Shown: positions 17,256-25,828 of the stretch, one piece after another
How the letters are laid out: each line of letters begins with the position of its first letter
Position numbering within the stretch: the stretch's first letter is position 1
NCBI GenBank assembly: GCA_031581195.1
Contig: JAVLCF010000002.1
Span: 1 to 48,944 of the forward strand
DNA: 48,944 bases
From: Trueperaceae bacterium
Lineage (GTDB): Bacteria > Deinococcota > Deinococci > Deinococcales > Trueperaceae
Direction: 5' to 3'
Made by a program: the position numbers and the translations under genes
Notes under the pieces: generated by a model
What the model was told of the DNA's origin: nothing
What the model saw: the letters and a program-made list of their open reading frames with translations, nothing else
Databases searched by the model: none

Positions 17256-18442
17256 GTCGTCTCCTTCCCCGCGGCCGGGTCGCTCGCGGCCTCCCAGAGG
17301 GGGTGGGCGATGCGCAGCAGGCGCCGGGCGACCGCCCGGTCGTGGTCCGCCGCCGCCCGCCGCTGCGCGGCGGGCACGCGCCCCACCTCGTCATCGTCCC
17401 ACGCCGACGCGGGGAGGGGGGCGCCCGCCACCTCCGCCCAGCGGGTCCGCCACGCGTCGGGGAGGACGTCGGGGAGGTCGGCGTCGACGAGCGTCGCCCA
17501 GGCGTGCGCCCAGGCGCGCGGCACGACGTCGAAGGCGGCGTAACCGCCGCCGCCCGTCACGACGATCCGCCCCCCGGCGTACGCGTCGGCGAGCGCCACG
17601 ACGCGCGCGACGAGGTCCCGGTAGCCGCGCAGCGTGAGCGACAGGTCGGCGAGCGGGTCGCGGGCGTGCGCGTCCGCGCCGGCCTGCAGCACCACCAGGT
17701 CGGGCCGGAAGGCGCGCAGCGCCTCGGGCGCGACGAGATCGAACGCCTCCAGGACCGCCGCGTCGTCGCTGAACGGCTCCAGCGGCAGGTTGAGCGACCA
17801 GCCGCGGCCCGCGCCGCGCCCGAGTTCGTAGCCGTGACCCGTCCCGGGGAACAGGTGGTGGCCCGACTCGTGGAGGCTGAACGTCAGGACGTCGGGGTCG
17901 TCGTAGAACGCCGCTTGCACGCCGTCGCCGTGGTGCGCGTCGACGTCGACGTAGGCGACGCGCGCCCCGCGGGTGCGGGCGCGCCGAATCGCGACGGCGA
18001 GGTCGTTGTAGATGCAGAACCCCGACGCGCGGTCGGCGAACGCGTGATGCAGGCCGCCGGCGAACGCCGCGGCGCGCGCCGCGGCGCCGTCCAGGACCCG
18101 GTCGACGGCGTGCGTCGTGGCGGCGCACACGCCCGCCACCGCCTCGTGCATCCCTTCGAACACCGGCGTGTCGGGCGTCCCCAGGCCCCAGCGCAGCAGG
18201 TCGTCGGGCGCGTCGCCGCGCGACGCGCGGGCGACGACGTCGAGGTAGGCCGGGGCGTGCACCGCCGCCAACGCCCCGTCGGGCAGGGGGGCGGGGGGCA
18301 CCACGTGCGCGTCGTGCAGGAGGCCGGTACGGCGCAACAGGTCCTCGAGGACCGCGACGCGGTCGGGCCGGAACGGGTGGTCGGGCGCCAACCGCCACGC
18401 CGCCAGCTCGGGGGCGTGGACGAAGGCGACGTCGTGCCTCAC
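17252..18442 (-). CDS. acuC: Histone-deacetylase-family protein deacetylase, AcuC-like
   Basis: 396 aa from GTG 18442. HDAC signature YVDVDAHHGDGVQ and GGLHHA. The start overlaps the acuB-like stop (GTGA). Confidence 0.85.
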   Translation of the reverse strand: MRHDVAFVHAPELAAWRLAPDHPFRPDRVAVLEDLLRRTGLLHDAHVVPPAPLPDGALAAVHAPAYLDVVARASRGDAPDDLLRWGLGTPDTPVFEGMHEAVAGVCAATTHAVDRVLDGAAARAAAFAGGLHHAFADRASGFCIYNDLAVAIRRARTRGARVAYVDVDAHHGDGVQAAFYDDPDVLTFSLHESGHHLFPGTGHGYELGRGAGRGWSLNLPLEPFSDDAAVLEAFDLVAPEALRAFRPDLVVLQAGADAHARDPLADLSLTLRGYRDLVARVVALADAYAGGRIVVTGGGGYAAFDVVPRAWAHAWATLVDADLPDVLPDAWRTRWAEVAGAPLPASAWDDDEVGRVPAAQRRAAADHDRAVARRLLRIAHPLWEAASDPAAGKETT

Positions 18443-19074
18443 GCCCCGCCGTCCTCCGCGCCGGGGTCGGACACGGCGAACCCGGCGCGCCGCAGGCGGG
18501 CGCGGACGGTGCGCGCATCGATCGTGTCCAGCTGCAGCGCGAAGCGCGCCGACGTCGCGTCGCTGCGCGGCGTGACGACGCTGCGGACCTGCACGCCGGC
18601 GTCCGCAACGATGCGCAGGACCTCCGCCAGCGCGCCGGGGCGGTGGGGGAGGTCGACCTCGATGCGGGTCGCCGCCCCGCCCGCCCCCGTCATCGCGAGG
18701 AGCGCCGCGAGCAGGTCGCTGCTCGCGACGATCCCCACGAGGGCGCCGCCCGCCTCGACCGGGAGGGCGCCGACGCGCTGGTCGCGCATCGTCGCCGCCG
18801 CCACCTGCACCGGGTCGCGCGGGTGCGCGGTCCACACCGGCGTGCGCGCCACCTCCGCGAGGGGCGTGTGGGGCCCCGCACCGACCGGCGCGCCGGGGTG
18901 CTCCCCCCCGACCGCGCGCAGGTCGCGGTCGCTGACGATGCCCACCAGCACGCCGTCCTCGAGGACCGGGAGGTGCCGCACGGCGTGGCGCGCCAGCAGG
19001 GCGATCGCCGCCTCCACCGTCGCGTGGGGCGGCGCGTGAATCACGTCGCGCGTCATGACGTCGGCGACCTGCAC
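18439..19074 (-). CDS. acuB: CBS-pair + ACT domain protein, AcuB-like
   Basis: Two CBS motifs (VMTRDVIH..., LVGIVSDRDL; VGALPVE..., LVGIVASSDL) plus a C-terminal ACT-like domain. GTG 19074 has a GAGGAG SD 6 nt upstream; ATG 19056 is the alternative start. Confidence 0.8.
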   Translation of the reverse strand: MQVADVMTRDVIHAPPHATVEAAIALLARHAVRHLPVLEDGVLVGIVSDRDLRAVGGEHPGAPVGAGPHTPLAEVARTPVWTAHPRDPVQVAAATMRDQRVGALPVEAGGALVGIVASSDLLAALLAMTGAGGAATRIEVDLPHRPGALAEVLRIVADAGVQVRSVVTPRSDATSARFALQLDTIDARTVRARLRRAGFAVSDPGAEDGGA

Positions 19075-19140
19075 GGGGACCTCCTCGGGGACGCCCTCGG
19101 GAATCCCCTGGGGAACGGCCTGGGGAACGACCTGGGGAAC
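19069..19140 (-). repeat. Six tandem 12-bp units (plus-strand consensus nnCCTGGGGAAC)
   Basis: Units: ctgcacggggac / ctcctcggggac / gccctcgggaat / cccctggggaac / ggcctggggaac / gacctggggaac. The last three are near-identical. The array ends at the acuB-like start codon and is in frame with it. Confidence 0.75.
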
Positions 19141-19174
19141 CGATTCGGCGTACGGGGGCAGGATACCGCGCCGC

Positions 19175-19765
19175 TCAGTCGCCCGGAGGCCGCACGCGGA
19201 GCGCCTCGAACGCCGCGACGAGGGCGGCGGGGGCGTGCGGCCCGACCCGGACCAACAGGGCGTTCGCGGGATCCTCGGTGATGTCGGGATCGGTCGTCGC
19301 GCGCGTCTCGAAGCCGACGCGGGCGTAGAAGCGTTGCAGCGCCCGGCGGACCTGCAGCGCCCCGAGGCCGCGGCGCGCGAGGTCGTAGTGCCAGGCGTAC
19401 AGCACCGCCAGCACCACCGCGTCGTCGAACCGCCCCCCACCGAAGGCCGCGTCCAGCAGCGCCGACCCGTGCCCCGCCCCGCGGGCGCGGGGCGCGACCT
19501 CGATCGCGCCGATCTCGTACGTCGCGTCGCCGCCGGGACCGCGCCGCAGCGTCCCCCACCGCTCGACCGGGTCGGGGGGCTGCACGGTGAGGTACCCGAT
19601 CGTCGCGTCCCCCCGCTCCACCACCCACACGAACGCGGCGGGGTCGCGCGCGAGGCGCGCGACCGCCGCCTCCTGCTTCGCCGGGGCGCGGAAGACGTCC
19701 AGGCCGGCGTCGAAGGGGCGGGGCGCGTCGCCGACCAGGCGGCGCGGGTGGACGGGGTCGGGCAC
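19175..19765 (-). CDS. acuA: GNAT protein acetyltransferase, AcuA-like
   Basis: 196 aa. The motifs PDPVERW, EIGAIEVAPRARG, YAWHYDL and TDPDITEDPANALLVRVG parallel Bacillus AcuA as I recall that sequence. GTG start lies 6 nt after a TAGCGT box. Confidence 0.8.
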   Translation of the reverse strand: MPDPVHPRRLVGDAPRPFDAGLDVFRAPAKQEAAVARLARDPAAFVWVVERGDATIGYLTVQPPDPVERWGTLRRGPGGDATYEIGAIEVAPRARGAGHGSALLDAAFGGGRFDDAVVLAVLYAWHYDLARRGLGALQVRRALQRFYARVGFETRATTDPDITEDPANALLVRVGPHAPAALVAAFEALRVRPPGD

Positions 19766-19771
19766 GCCGAC

Positions 19772-19777
19772 ACGCTA
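19772..19777 (-). promoter_or_regulatory. -10-like box for the leaderless acuA-like gene
   Basis: Minus strand TAGCGT, 6 nt, GTG 19765. Confidence 0.4.
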
Positions 19778-19831
19778 CCGCGGGCCCGGCGACCGGTTCC
19801 CTCGGGCACCGAACCGGCCGGGCGCCGGTGC

Positions 19832-19837
19832 TACCCT
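19832..19837 (+). promoter_or_regulatory. -10-like box for the leaderless Mqn radical-SAM gene
   Basis: TACCCT, 7 nt, ATG 19845. Confidence 0.4.
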
Positions 19838-19844
19838 CTCCCGC

Positions 19845-21008
19845 ATGGACCTGCTGACCCACGCCGCGCGCGGCGAACGCCTCACGCCCGAACGGGCGGC
19901 GGAGCTGCGCGACGTGCCGCTCTTCGCCCTCGCGGGGGCGGCGGACGCGGTGCGCGCCCTCCGCACCGACCCGGGGGTCGTGACGTACCTGATCGACCGC
20001 AACGTGAACTACTCGAACGTCTGCACGATCGGCTGCAGCTTCTGCGGGTTCTACCGCACCCGCCGGCAGGCCGACAGCTACGTGCTGTCGTACGAGCAGA
20101 TCGGCGCGAAACTGCGGGAGCTCGAGGCGGTCGGCGGGACGCGGGTGTTGATGCAGGGCGGCGTCCACCCGACCCTCGCGTTCTCGTGGTACCTCGACCT
20201 GATGCGCTACCTCAAGACGCACCACCCCACGATCCGCGTCGAGGCGTTCAGCCCCGAGGAGATCAAGGGCATGGCGAAGATGACCGGCATGAGCGCCCGC
20301 GAGGTGCTGGCCGAGCTGCACGCCGCCGGCCTCGACGGCCTGCCCGGTGGGGGCGGAGAGATGCTCGTCGACGACGTGCGCCACGCGAAGCACATCTCAC
20401 CCGCGCGGATCTCGAGCGACGAGTGGATCGACGTCATGGACGCCGCCCAGTCGTTGGGGCTCTACACGACCGCGACGATGGTGATCGGCTTCGGGGAGAC
20501 GTTCGCGCAACGCATCGCCAGCCTGCAACGCATCCGCGACCAGCAGGACCGGGCGCTCGCGACGTACGGCAACGGCTTCAGCGCGTTCATCTCCTGGACG
20601 TTGCAGACCGAGGGCGTCCGCATCGACGGCAAGGCGCCGGGCGCCGGTCCGTCGGAGTACCTCCGCAACGTCGCTACCGCGCGGTTGTTCCTCGACAACG
20701 TCGACAACCACCAGGCGTCGTGGCCGACGATGGGCTACAAGGTCGCGCAGACCGCGTTGCGGTTCGGCGCGAACGACTTCGGCAGCACCATGCTCGAGGA
20801 GAACGTCGTCAGCCAGGCGGGGGCGAAGCACCGCGCGACGCCCGAACGCGAGATCGTCCGGCAGATCGTCGAGGCCGGCTACGTCCCGAAACAGCGCGGC
20901 AGCCTCTACGAGATCGTGGCGGAACCCGACGTCGACGCGCTCCTCGCCGCGCCGCCCGAGGGCGGCGCGGCCCCCGGCGACCCGCAGGCCCAGCCGACCG
21001 CCGTCTGA
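19845..21008 (+). CDS. Radical SAM enzyme of the futalosine menaquinone pathway (MqnE/MqnC family)
   Basis: 387 aa. NVNYSNVCTIGCSFCGFYR is a CxxxCxxC cluster in the MqnC/MqnE/CofH-like context. ATG lies 7 nt after a TACCCT box. Confidence 0.8.
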   Translation: MDLLTHAARGERLTPERAAELRDVPLFALAGAADAVRALRTDPGVVTYLIDRNVNYSNVCTIGCSFCGFYRTRRQADSYVLSYEQIGAKLRELEAVGGTRVLMQGGVHPTLAFSWYLDLMRYLKTHHPTIRVEAFSPEEIKGMAKMTGMSAREVLAELHAAGLDGLPGGGGEMLVDDVRHAKHISPARISSDEWIDVMDAAQSLGLYTTATMVIGFGETFAQRIASLQRIRDQQDRALATYGNGFSAFISWTLQTEGVRIDGKAPGAGPSEYLRNVATARLFLDNVDNHQASWPTMGYKVAQTALRFGANDFGSTMLEENVVSQAGAKHRATPEREIVRQIVEAGYVPKQRGSLYEIVAEPDVDALLAAPPEGGAAPGDPQAQPTAV

Positions 21009-21009
21009 C

Positions 21010-22242
21010 GTGGCGCTCACCCGGACGCGGCGGCGGGCGCGGGCGGTGTACGGCGGCCTGGGGCACCCGGTCGAGGGGGGCGTGATGGTGGTGCAGGAGG
21101 CGGCGGGCGACGCCGTCGTGCTGTACGTCGGGTCGGACGACGAGGCGGCGCGCCGCTGGCCGGACGCCGACGTCCGCGACGACGGCTTCGCCCTGTCGCC
21201 CGCCCCGGTGAACGCCCACGTGCACCTGGACCTCTCCACGATGCCGTACGCCCCGGGCGACTACGAGGCGTTCGTGCGCGCCGTCCTGGCGCACGGCGCC
21301 GCCGGCGGTCGGGGGCTGGAGGCCGCGAAGGTCGGTCTGGCGGAGGTGCGACGGTCCGGCGTCGCGGCGTTCGGGGACGTCGTCGCCGACGAAACCGTCA
21401 TGCAGTGGCTGCTGGAGCAACCGAACCTGACGGGCGTCGCCTACTGGGAGGTCGTCGCGCCCGACCCCGCCGACGCGGAGCGCGTCTTCGACGACGTCGT
21501 CGCGAAGCTGCGCGCCTTCCGCGCCCAGGCCCGACCCGACGGGCTGCGGGTAGGGCTGTCGCCCCACGCGCCGCACACGGTGTCCGCGCCGCTGCTGACG
21601 AAGTTGGCGAAGTTGGCGAAGGCGAACGACCTGCCGCTGCAGATCCACGTCGCGGAGTCCCCCTCGGAGGTGCGCCTCCACGCGACGGGCGACGGTCCGT
21701 TGCGCGAGCTGATGGGCGACCTGATGGGGGCGTTCCGACCGTCGGGCCGCTCGCCGGTCGGGTACCTCGAGGCGCTCGGGGTGCTCGAGGCCGCCCCGAC
21801 CCTCGTGCACGGGGTGCAGGTCGACGAGGCGGACGTGAAACGCATCGAGCGCTCGGGGTCGGTCGTCGTGCACTGTCCCCGGTCCAACGCCGCGCTGGGC
21901 ACCGGACGCTTCCCGTGGGAGACGTACGCCGCGCACGGCGCGACGGTCGCGTTCGGCACCGATTCGCGCGGCAGCAGCCCCTCGCTGGACGTCCAGGCGG
22001 AGGTCGCCGCGGCGCAGGCGCTGCACGGCGAGCGGGCGCACGTCGGGGGGCTGGTGCGCGCGGCGGTGAAGGGCGGCTACCGGGCGTTGGGGCTCGCGAC
22101 GCCGCGCATCACGCGCGGCGCGCCGGCGGACGCCGTCGCGACGTGGCGGATCGACGCCGACGGCGCGGTCGCGCCGCCCGAGGGGGGCGAAGCGAAGGAC
22201 GGGGCGGGGGACGAGGCGGGGCGGGCTTCGTCGGCGATTTGA
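21010..22242 (+). CDS. Amidohydrolase, probable aminodeoxyfutalosine deaminase
   Basis: 410 aa. Has the HxH metal motif (VNAHVHLD) and later HVAES and HG/D motifs of the amidohydrolase superfamily. Starts 1 nt after the Mqn gene stop. The specific function is inferred from context. Confidence 0.65.
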   Translation: MALTRTRRRARAVYGGLGHPVEGGVMVVQEAAGDAVVLYVGSDDEAARRWPDADVRDDGFALSPAPVNAHVHLDLSTMPYAPGDYEAFVRAVLAHGAAGGRGLEAAKVGLAEVRRSGVAAFGDVVADETVMQWLLEQPNLTGVAYWEVVAPDPADAERVFDDVVAKLRAFRAQARPDGLRVGLSPHAPHTVSAPLLTKLAKLAKANDLPLQIHVAESPSEVRLHATGDGPLRELMGDLMGAFRPSGRSPVGYLEALGVLEAAPTLVHGVQVDEADVKRIERSGSVVVHCPRSNAALGTGRFPWETYAAHGATVAFGTDSRGSSPSLDVQAEVAAAQALHGERAHVGGLVRAAVKGGYRALGLATPRITRGAPADAVATWRIDADGAVAPPEGGEAKDGAGDEAGRASSAI

Positions 22243-22333
22243 CACGGGTCGCGCGTGCGGGCGGTACCCTACCGGGACGCGGGGCCGGCGCGCCCCCCGT
22301 ACGACTTTTCCCCCTTGGGAGGCGGAGACGACC

Positions 22334-22666
22334 ATGACCGAACACATGCTGGAACTGAGCGACGCGAACTTCGAGACCGAAGCGTCCGAAGGCTTTCTGT
22401 TGGTGGATTTCTGGGCGCCCTGGTGCGGACCGTGCCGGATGGTGAGCCCCGTGATCGAGGAGCTCTCCAACGAGCTCGCGGGACAGGTGAAGGTCGGCAA
22501 GCTCAACGTCGACGACAACCCGAAGACCGCGATGCAGTACCGGGTGATGTCGATCCCGACCGTCGTGCTGTTCAAGGACGGCGAGGTGGTGGACACGATG
22601 GTCGGCGCGATGCCGAAGAACGCCTACGCCGCCCGCATCGACAAGCACCTGCCCGCCTCCGCCTGA
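22334..22666 (+). CDS. trxA: Thioredoxin
   Basis: 110 aa with the WCGPC active site and a GGGAGG SD. Confidence 0.95.
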   Translation: MTEHMLELSDANFETEASEGFLLVDFWAPWCGPCRMVSPVIEELSNELAGQVKVGKLNVDDNPKTAMQYRVMSIPTVVLFKDGEVVDTMVGAMPKNAYAARIDKHLPASA

Positions 22667-22684
22667 GCGGACGCACCCACGTCG

Positions 22685-22714
22685 ACGCGCCCCGGGGGTC
22701 TCCCCGGGGCGCGT
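22685..22714. terminator. Bidirectional hairpin between convergent trxA and the 834-aa protein gene
   Basis: ACGCGCCCCGGGG-gtct-CCCCGGGGCGCGT, a perfect 13-bp stem. Confidence 0.6.
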
Positions 22715-22724
22715 TCGCGTGGCG

Positions 22725-22749
22725 GTCCGCCCACCGGCGCGGGGCGGAC
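22725..22749. terminator. Second hairpin in the same convergent gap
   Basis: GTCCGCCC-(9 nt)-GGGCGGAC, an 8-bp stem. Confidence 0.4.
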
Positions 22750-22763
22750 GCCGGCCGGGCCCC

Positions 22764-25268
22764 TCACCAGTCGAAGGCGATGCGCCGTTCGTGCCGGATC
22801 GTGCCGTCCTCGCGCGTCACGACCCCACCTCCGACGTCGGCGCGGTCCTCGAGCAGGCGCACGGCGTCGGGCAGAATCTCCGCGAGGGGGAGCAGCGTCC
22901 GCAGGTCGGGGGCGGCGTCGGGCAGCGCCGGCGCGTCGGTCGGCGCGTCGGTCGGGCCGTCGCCCGCATCCGGCGCGCCCTCGGGCGCCTCGACGCGGAG
23001 GGCGAGCTCGTAGGGTCCGCTCCCGCCGTCGAAGAACGCCCCGACGCCCACGACCAACGCGCGACCGTCGGCGACGAACGCCAGCTCCGACCGGCGGGTG
23101 TCCGGCGCGTCGTCGTTCTCCAGCAGCAGCTCGCCGGTCGCGCCGTCGTACAGGTAGAGGTACGTGTCGAACGCGTCGCTCGTCAGCTCGACGCGCACCT
23201 CGGCGCCGTCGGGGAGGTCGGGAAGTTCGTACAGGTCGACCGACGCCCCGCCCCCCAGGACGACCTCGCCGTCGCCGCGCCGCGCCTCGATCGGCGCGTC
23301 CGCCGTGAGCGGATCGCGGGGCGCATCCAGCACCCCGGGCTGGGCGACCATCGGGATCGCGTCCGCCAGGTCGGTCGGCCCCCCGAACGCCCCCGGGCCG
23401 CGTTCGCTGGGGGTCTCGGGTGCGTCGCGCGCCTCGTCGAGCGCCGCGGCGAGCGCCGTCGAGGCCCCGAACGCGAGCGGTTGCGCGAGGGTGTCCAGCA
23501 GGTCGGCGGTGGCGGCCAGGTCGGGGCGGGGGTCGGCGTAGCGCCAGCCGATCCGGTCGCCGGCGGGGGTGGGGAGCGCATCGAAGCCGGCGGCGTCGGT
23601 CGCGACGCCGTCCGCCGCGAGGGCGCGCGCCAGGGCGGAGGCGGGCGACGCGATCCAGGCGGCACCGTCGTGCACCACGAACGCGACGTCGGTGCTGGGG
23701 CCCACCCGCACGCGGAGGCCGGGGAGGCCGGCGACGTCGGTCCGCTCGAGCGCCAGGAGGGGCACCGCGTCGGCCAGCGGGTCGCCCAGCGACTCGCCCA
23801 ACAGCTGCCCGCCGACGTTCCCCGGCTCGTTCAGGCGCTCGAGGCCCGCCTCGAGGGCGTCCAGCGCCGCGCGGGCGCCCGCCTCGTCGGTGGCGGGGAT
23901 GCGCCACACGGTGGGCGCCCCGAACACGAGGGCGTCCAGGTCGTCGTTGGGGGAGCCCAGGCGGACGCGTTGCAGCTCCCCGGCGATCCAGTCGCCGAAG
24001 ATCGCGTCGACCTCCAGGCCGGCCTGCTGCTCCAGCAGGTCGCGGACGCCGACCGGCGTGCCCGTCGGGGCCGTCAGGTCGCGGGCGATGCCGTCCAACC
24101 AATCGAGCCAGGCGGCCGGACGGAGCGTCGACGTCTGCGCCGCGACCCCGCCCCCGGGGAGGGCGCTCGCGCCCTCCAGGGCGCAGCCTTCGCACGTCGC
24201 GAGGGCGTGGAACGCCGCGTCGCCGCCGTCCGCGTCGGGGGTGAACACCCCGCGCATCGTGGCGCCGCCCGCGTCGACGTCGAGGCGGGCGCCGCCCGCC
24301 CCGAGGGTCCGGAGCAGCGCCACGGCGCGCTCCCGCGCGACGTCGAGGTCGGGGGTCATGCCGCTCGGGACCAGCCCCTCGACGACGCCGGCGAGGCCGG
24401 CGGCGTTCCACGCGAGGCGCGCGCCGGGCCCGCCCTCCAGGAGGTCGCCGACCGGCTGGTCGGCGAGGGAGGGCTCGTCCGCACCCCCGAGTCGACGCAG
24501 CGCACCGCGCACCAGGTCGGGTCGGGTCCCGACCAGGTAGTGCCGGCCGTCGCGCGCGACGACGAGGGGCAGGTCGCTGCCGTCGAACAGGACGCGCAGT
24601 TCGGTGCCGTCGACGTCCCCGAGCACGTCGCCGCCGTAGCAGGACACGAGCAGGTCGTGGAGGTCCGCGGCGGTCGCGGCGGCGTCCGCCTCGACCCGCG
24701 CCAGCGCGAGGGCGCCGGGGATGGGCGTGAAGCGGTCGGCGGCGACGGCGAGCAGCAGGTCCTCCGCCCAGGCCCGCATCGTCAACGCGTCGCCGGCCGC
24801 CTGCAGGCCGGGACAGGTCGCCTCGAGGGTGGCGGTGGCGTCGTCGAGAGCGCCCCGGGCGCCGTCGCCGGGCAGGGTCGGGGTGAGCCCCCCGAGCCCC
24901 CCGAGCGCCCCGAGCGCGCCGAGATCGACGTCCATGTCGGCGGCGTCGAGCTCCAACGCACCGGCGTCCGCCAGGTCGGTCAGGAACGACGTGAGGGCCT
25001 CCCACGCCGCCGCGGCGTCGCCGTCGTCGTCGAGCGCGGCGAGCGCGTCGGGCAGGTCCGCGTCGAGGGTCGCGGCGAGGTCGGCGTCGCCGCTCACCCC
25101 GAGCGCCAGGACGGTCTCGATGGGCGCGAGCCGCTCGAGGGGCGGAGTTTGCGCGACGGCGCTCCCGACGAGCGCCCCGACGGTGACGGCGAGGATGGCG
25201 ACGAGGTGGGGGGCGAGGCGGGTGGTGGGGCGGCGGTGGGGTGCGGCGAACGGCGGGTGGTGCGGCAT
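22764..25268 (-). CDS. Secreted hypothetical protein (834 aa) with a PPC-like domain
   Basis: ATG 25268 lies 7 nt after a GGGAGG SD. Signal peptide ...LVAILAVTVGALVGSAVAQ, then a long D/A/L/G-rich region with no recognised motif. Near the C-terminus is a PPC-like module, DAFDTYLYLYDGATGELLLENDD...GPYELALRV. Confidence 0.75.
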   Translation of the reverse strand: MPHHPPFAAPHRRPTTRLAPHLVAILAVTVGALVGSAVAQTPPLERLAPIETVLALGVSGDADLAATLDADLPDALAALDDDGDAAAAWEALTSFLTDLADAGALELDAADMDVDLGALGALGGLGGLTPTLPGDGARGALDDATATLEATCPGLQAAGDALTMRAWAEDLLLAVAADRFTPIPGALALARVEADAAATAADLHDLLVSCYGGDVLGDVDGTELRVLFDGSDLPLVVARDGRHYLVGTRPDLVRGALRRLGGADEPSLADQPVGDLLEGGPGARLAWNAAGLAGVVEGLVPSGMTPDLDVARERAVALLRTLGAGGARLDVDAGGATMRGVFTPDADGGDAAFHALATCEGCALEGASALPGGGVAAQTSTLRPAAWLDWLDGIARDLTAPTGTPVGVRDLLEQQAGLEVDAIFGDWIAGELQRVRLGSPNDDLDALVFGAPTVWRIPATDEAGARAALDALEAGLERLNEPGNVGGQLLGESLGDPLADAVPLLALERTDVAGLPGLRVRVGPSTDVAFVVHDGAAWIASPASALARALAADGVATDAAGFDALPTPAGDRIGWRYADPRPDLAATADLLDTLAQPLAFGASTALAAALDEARDAPETPSERGPGAFGGPTDLADAIPMVAQPGVLDAPRDPLTADAPIEARRGDGEVVLGGGASVDLYELPDLPDGAEVRVELTSDAFDTYLYLYDGATGELLLENDDAPDTRRSELAFVADGRALVVGVGAFFDGGSGPYELALRVEAPEGAPDAGDGPTDAPTDAPALPDAAPDLRTLLPLAEILPDAVRLLEDRADVGGGVVTREDGTIRHERRIAFDW

Positions 25269-25302
25269 GCGGGGGCCTCCCTGAGGCAAGGGCGGGGACG
25301 CG

Positions 25303-25330
25303 CGACGGCGCCGCGGGGGCGGCGCCGTCG
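25303..25330 (-). terminator. Perfect 12-bp GC hairpin between the lipoprotein and 834-aa protein genes (terminator or attenuator)
   Basis: CGACGGCGCCGC-gggg-GCGGCGCCGTCG, located within the 119-nt spacer. Confidence 0.5.
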
Positions 25331-25387
25331 GTCTGCCTGGAAGGTAGCACGCGCTTCGGCGCGGCTCCGTGGCGCCTGCAGCACGCC

Positions 25388-25828
25388 CTAGTCGCGCGGC
25401 CCCTCGAACGGCGCGACGCCGGCCGGCGCCACCCGGTAGGCGGCGGCGTCGCCGTCGCGGTCGACGCGGAGGGCGTAGTCGTCGGCGGCGATGCGCGTCA
25501 CGGTCCAGCGCACGCCGCTGGGCAGCGCCAGGTCCAGCAACGCCTCGGTGTCGTAGCGGCCCGTGCGGAGCCGGGCCGCCTCCATCTCCAGCCACGCGAG
25601 CCAGGCGACGCGCTCCAGGTCGGTCGGGTCGTTCGGCACGACCGCGGTCGGTTCGGGCGGTTCGACCGCGGGCGTGGCGTCCGTAGGCGTGGCGGTCGCG
25701 TCGGTGGGCGTCGGGGTCGCCTCCGTCGGGGTCGCGTCCGTGGGGGGCGGTCCGGCGTCGGGGCGCGCGGCGGGGGCGCACGCGCCGAGCAGCAGCGCGG
25801 CGAGGAGGGCCGCCGCCGTGCGCCTCAC
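25388..25828 (-). CDS. Hypothetical lipoprotein (146 aa)
   Basis: GTG 25828 lies 4 nt after a GGAGGA SD. Lipobox LLLGAC, PTDAT/PTEAT repeat linker, about 85-aa C-terminal domain of unknown function. Confidence 0.7.
   Translation of the reverse strand: MRRTAAALLAALLLGACAPAARPDAGPPPTDATPTEATPTPTDATATPTDATPAVEPPEPTAVVPNDPTDLERVAWLAWLEMEAARLRTGRYDTEALLDLALPSGVRWTVTRIAADDYALRVDRDGDAAAYRVAPAGVAPFEGPRD

Noticed and set aside
22239-22270. TTGACA (22239-22244) plus TACCCT (22265-22270), considered as a trxA promoter.
   Set aside because: The 20-nt spacer is longer than the usual 16-18 nt, so I did not list it as a feature. It may still function with a different -35 element.
22624-25391. ORFs of 908 aa (minus) and 890 aa (plus) overlapping the 834-aa secreted protein gene, and similar giants elsewhere (1679-3856, 11018-12826, 33118-36366, 39737-42733, 43951-46095, 46610-48892).
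   Set aside because: Their composition is Arg/Pro/Gly-rich and they have no motifs. They lie out of frame or antisense to genes with clear homology signatures and GC3-saturated frames.
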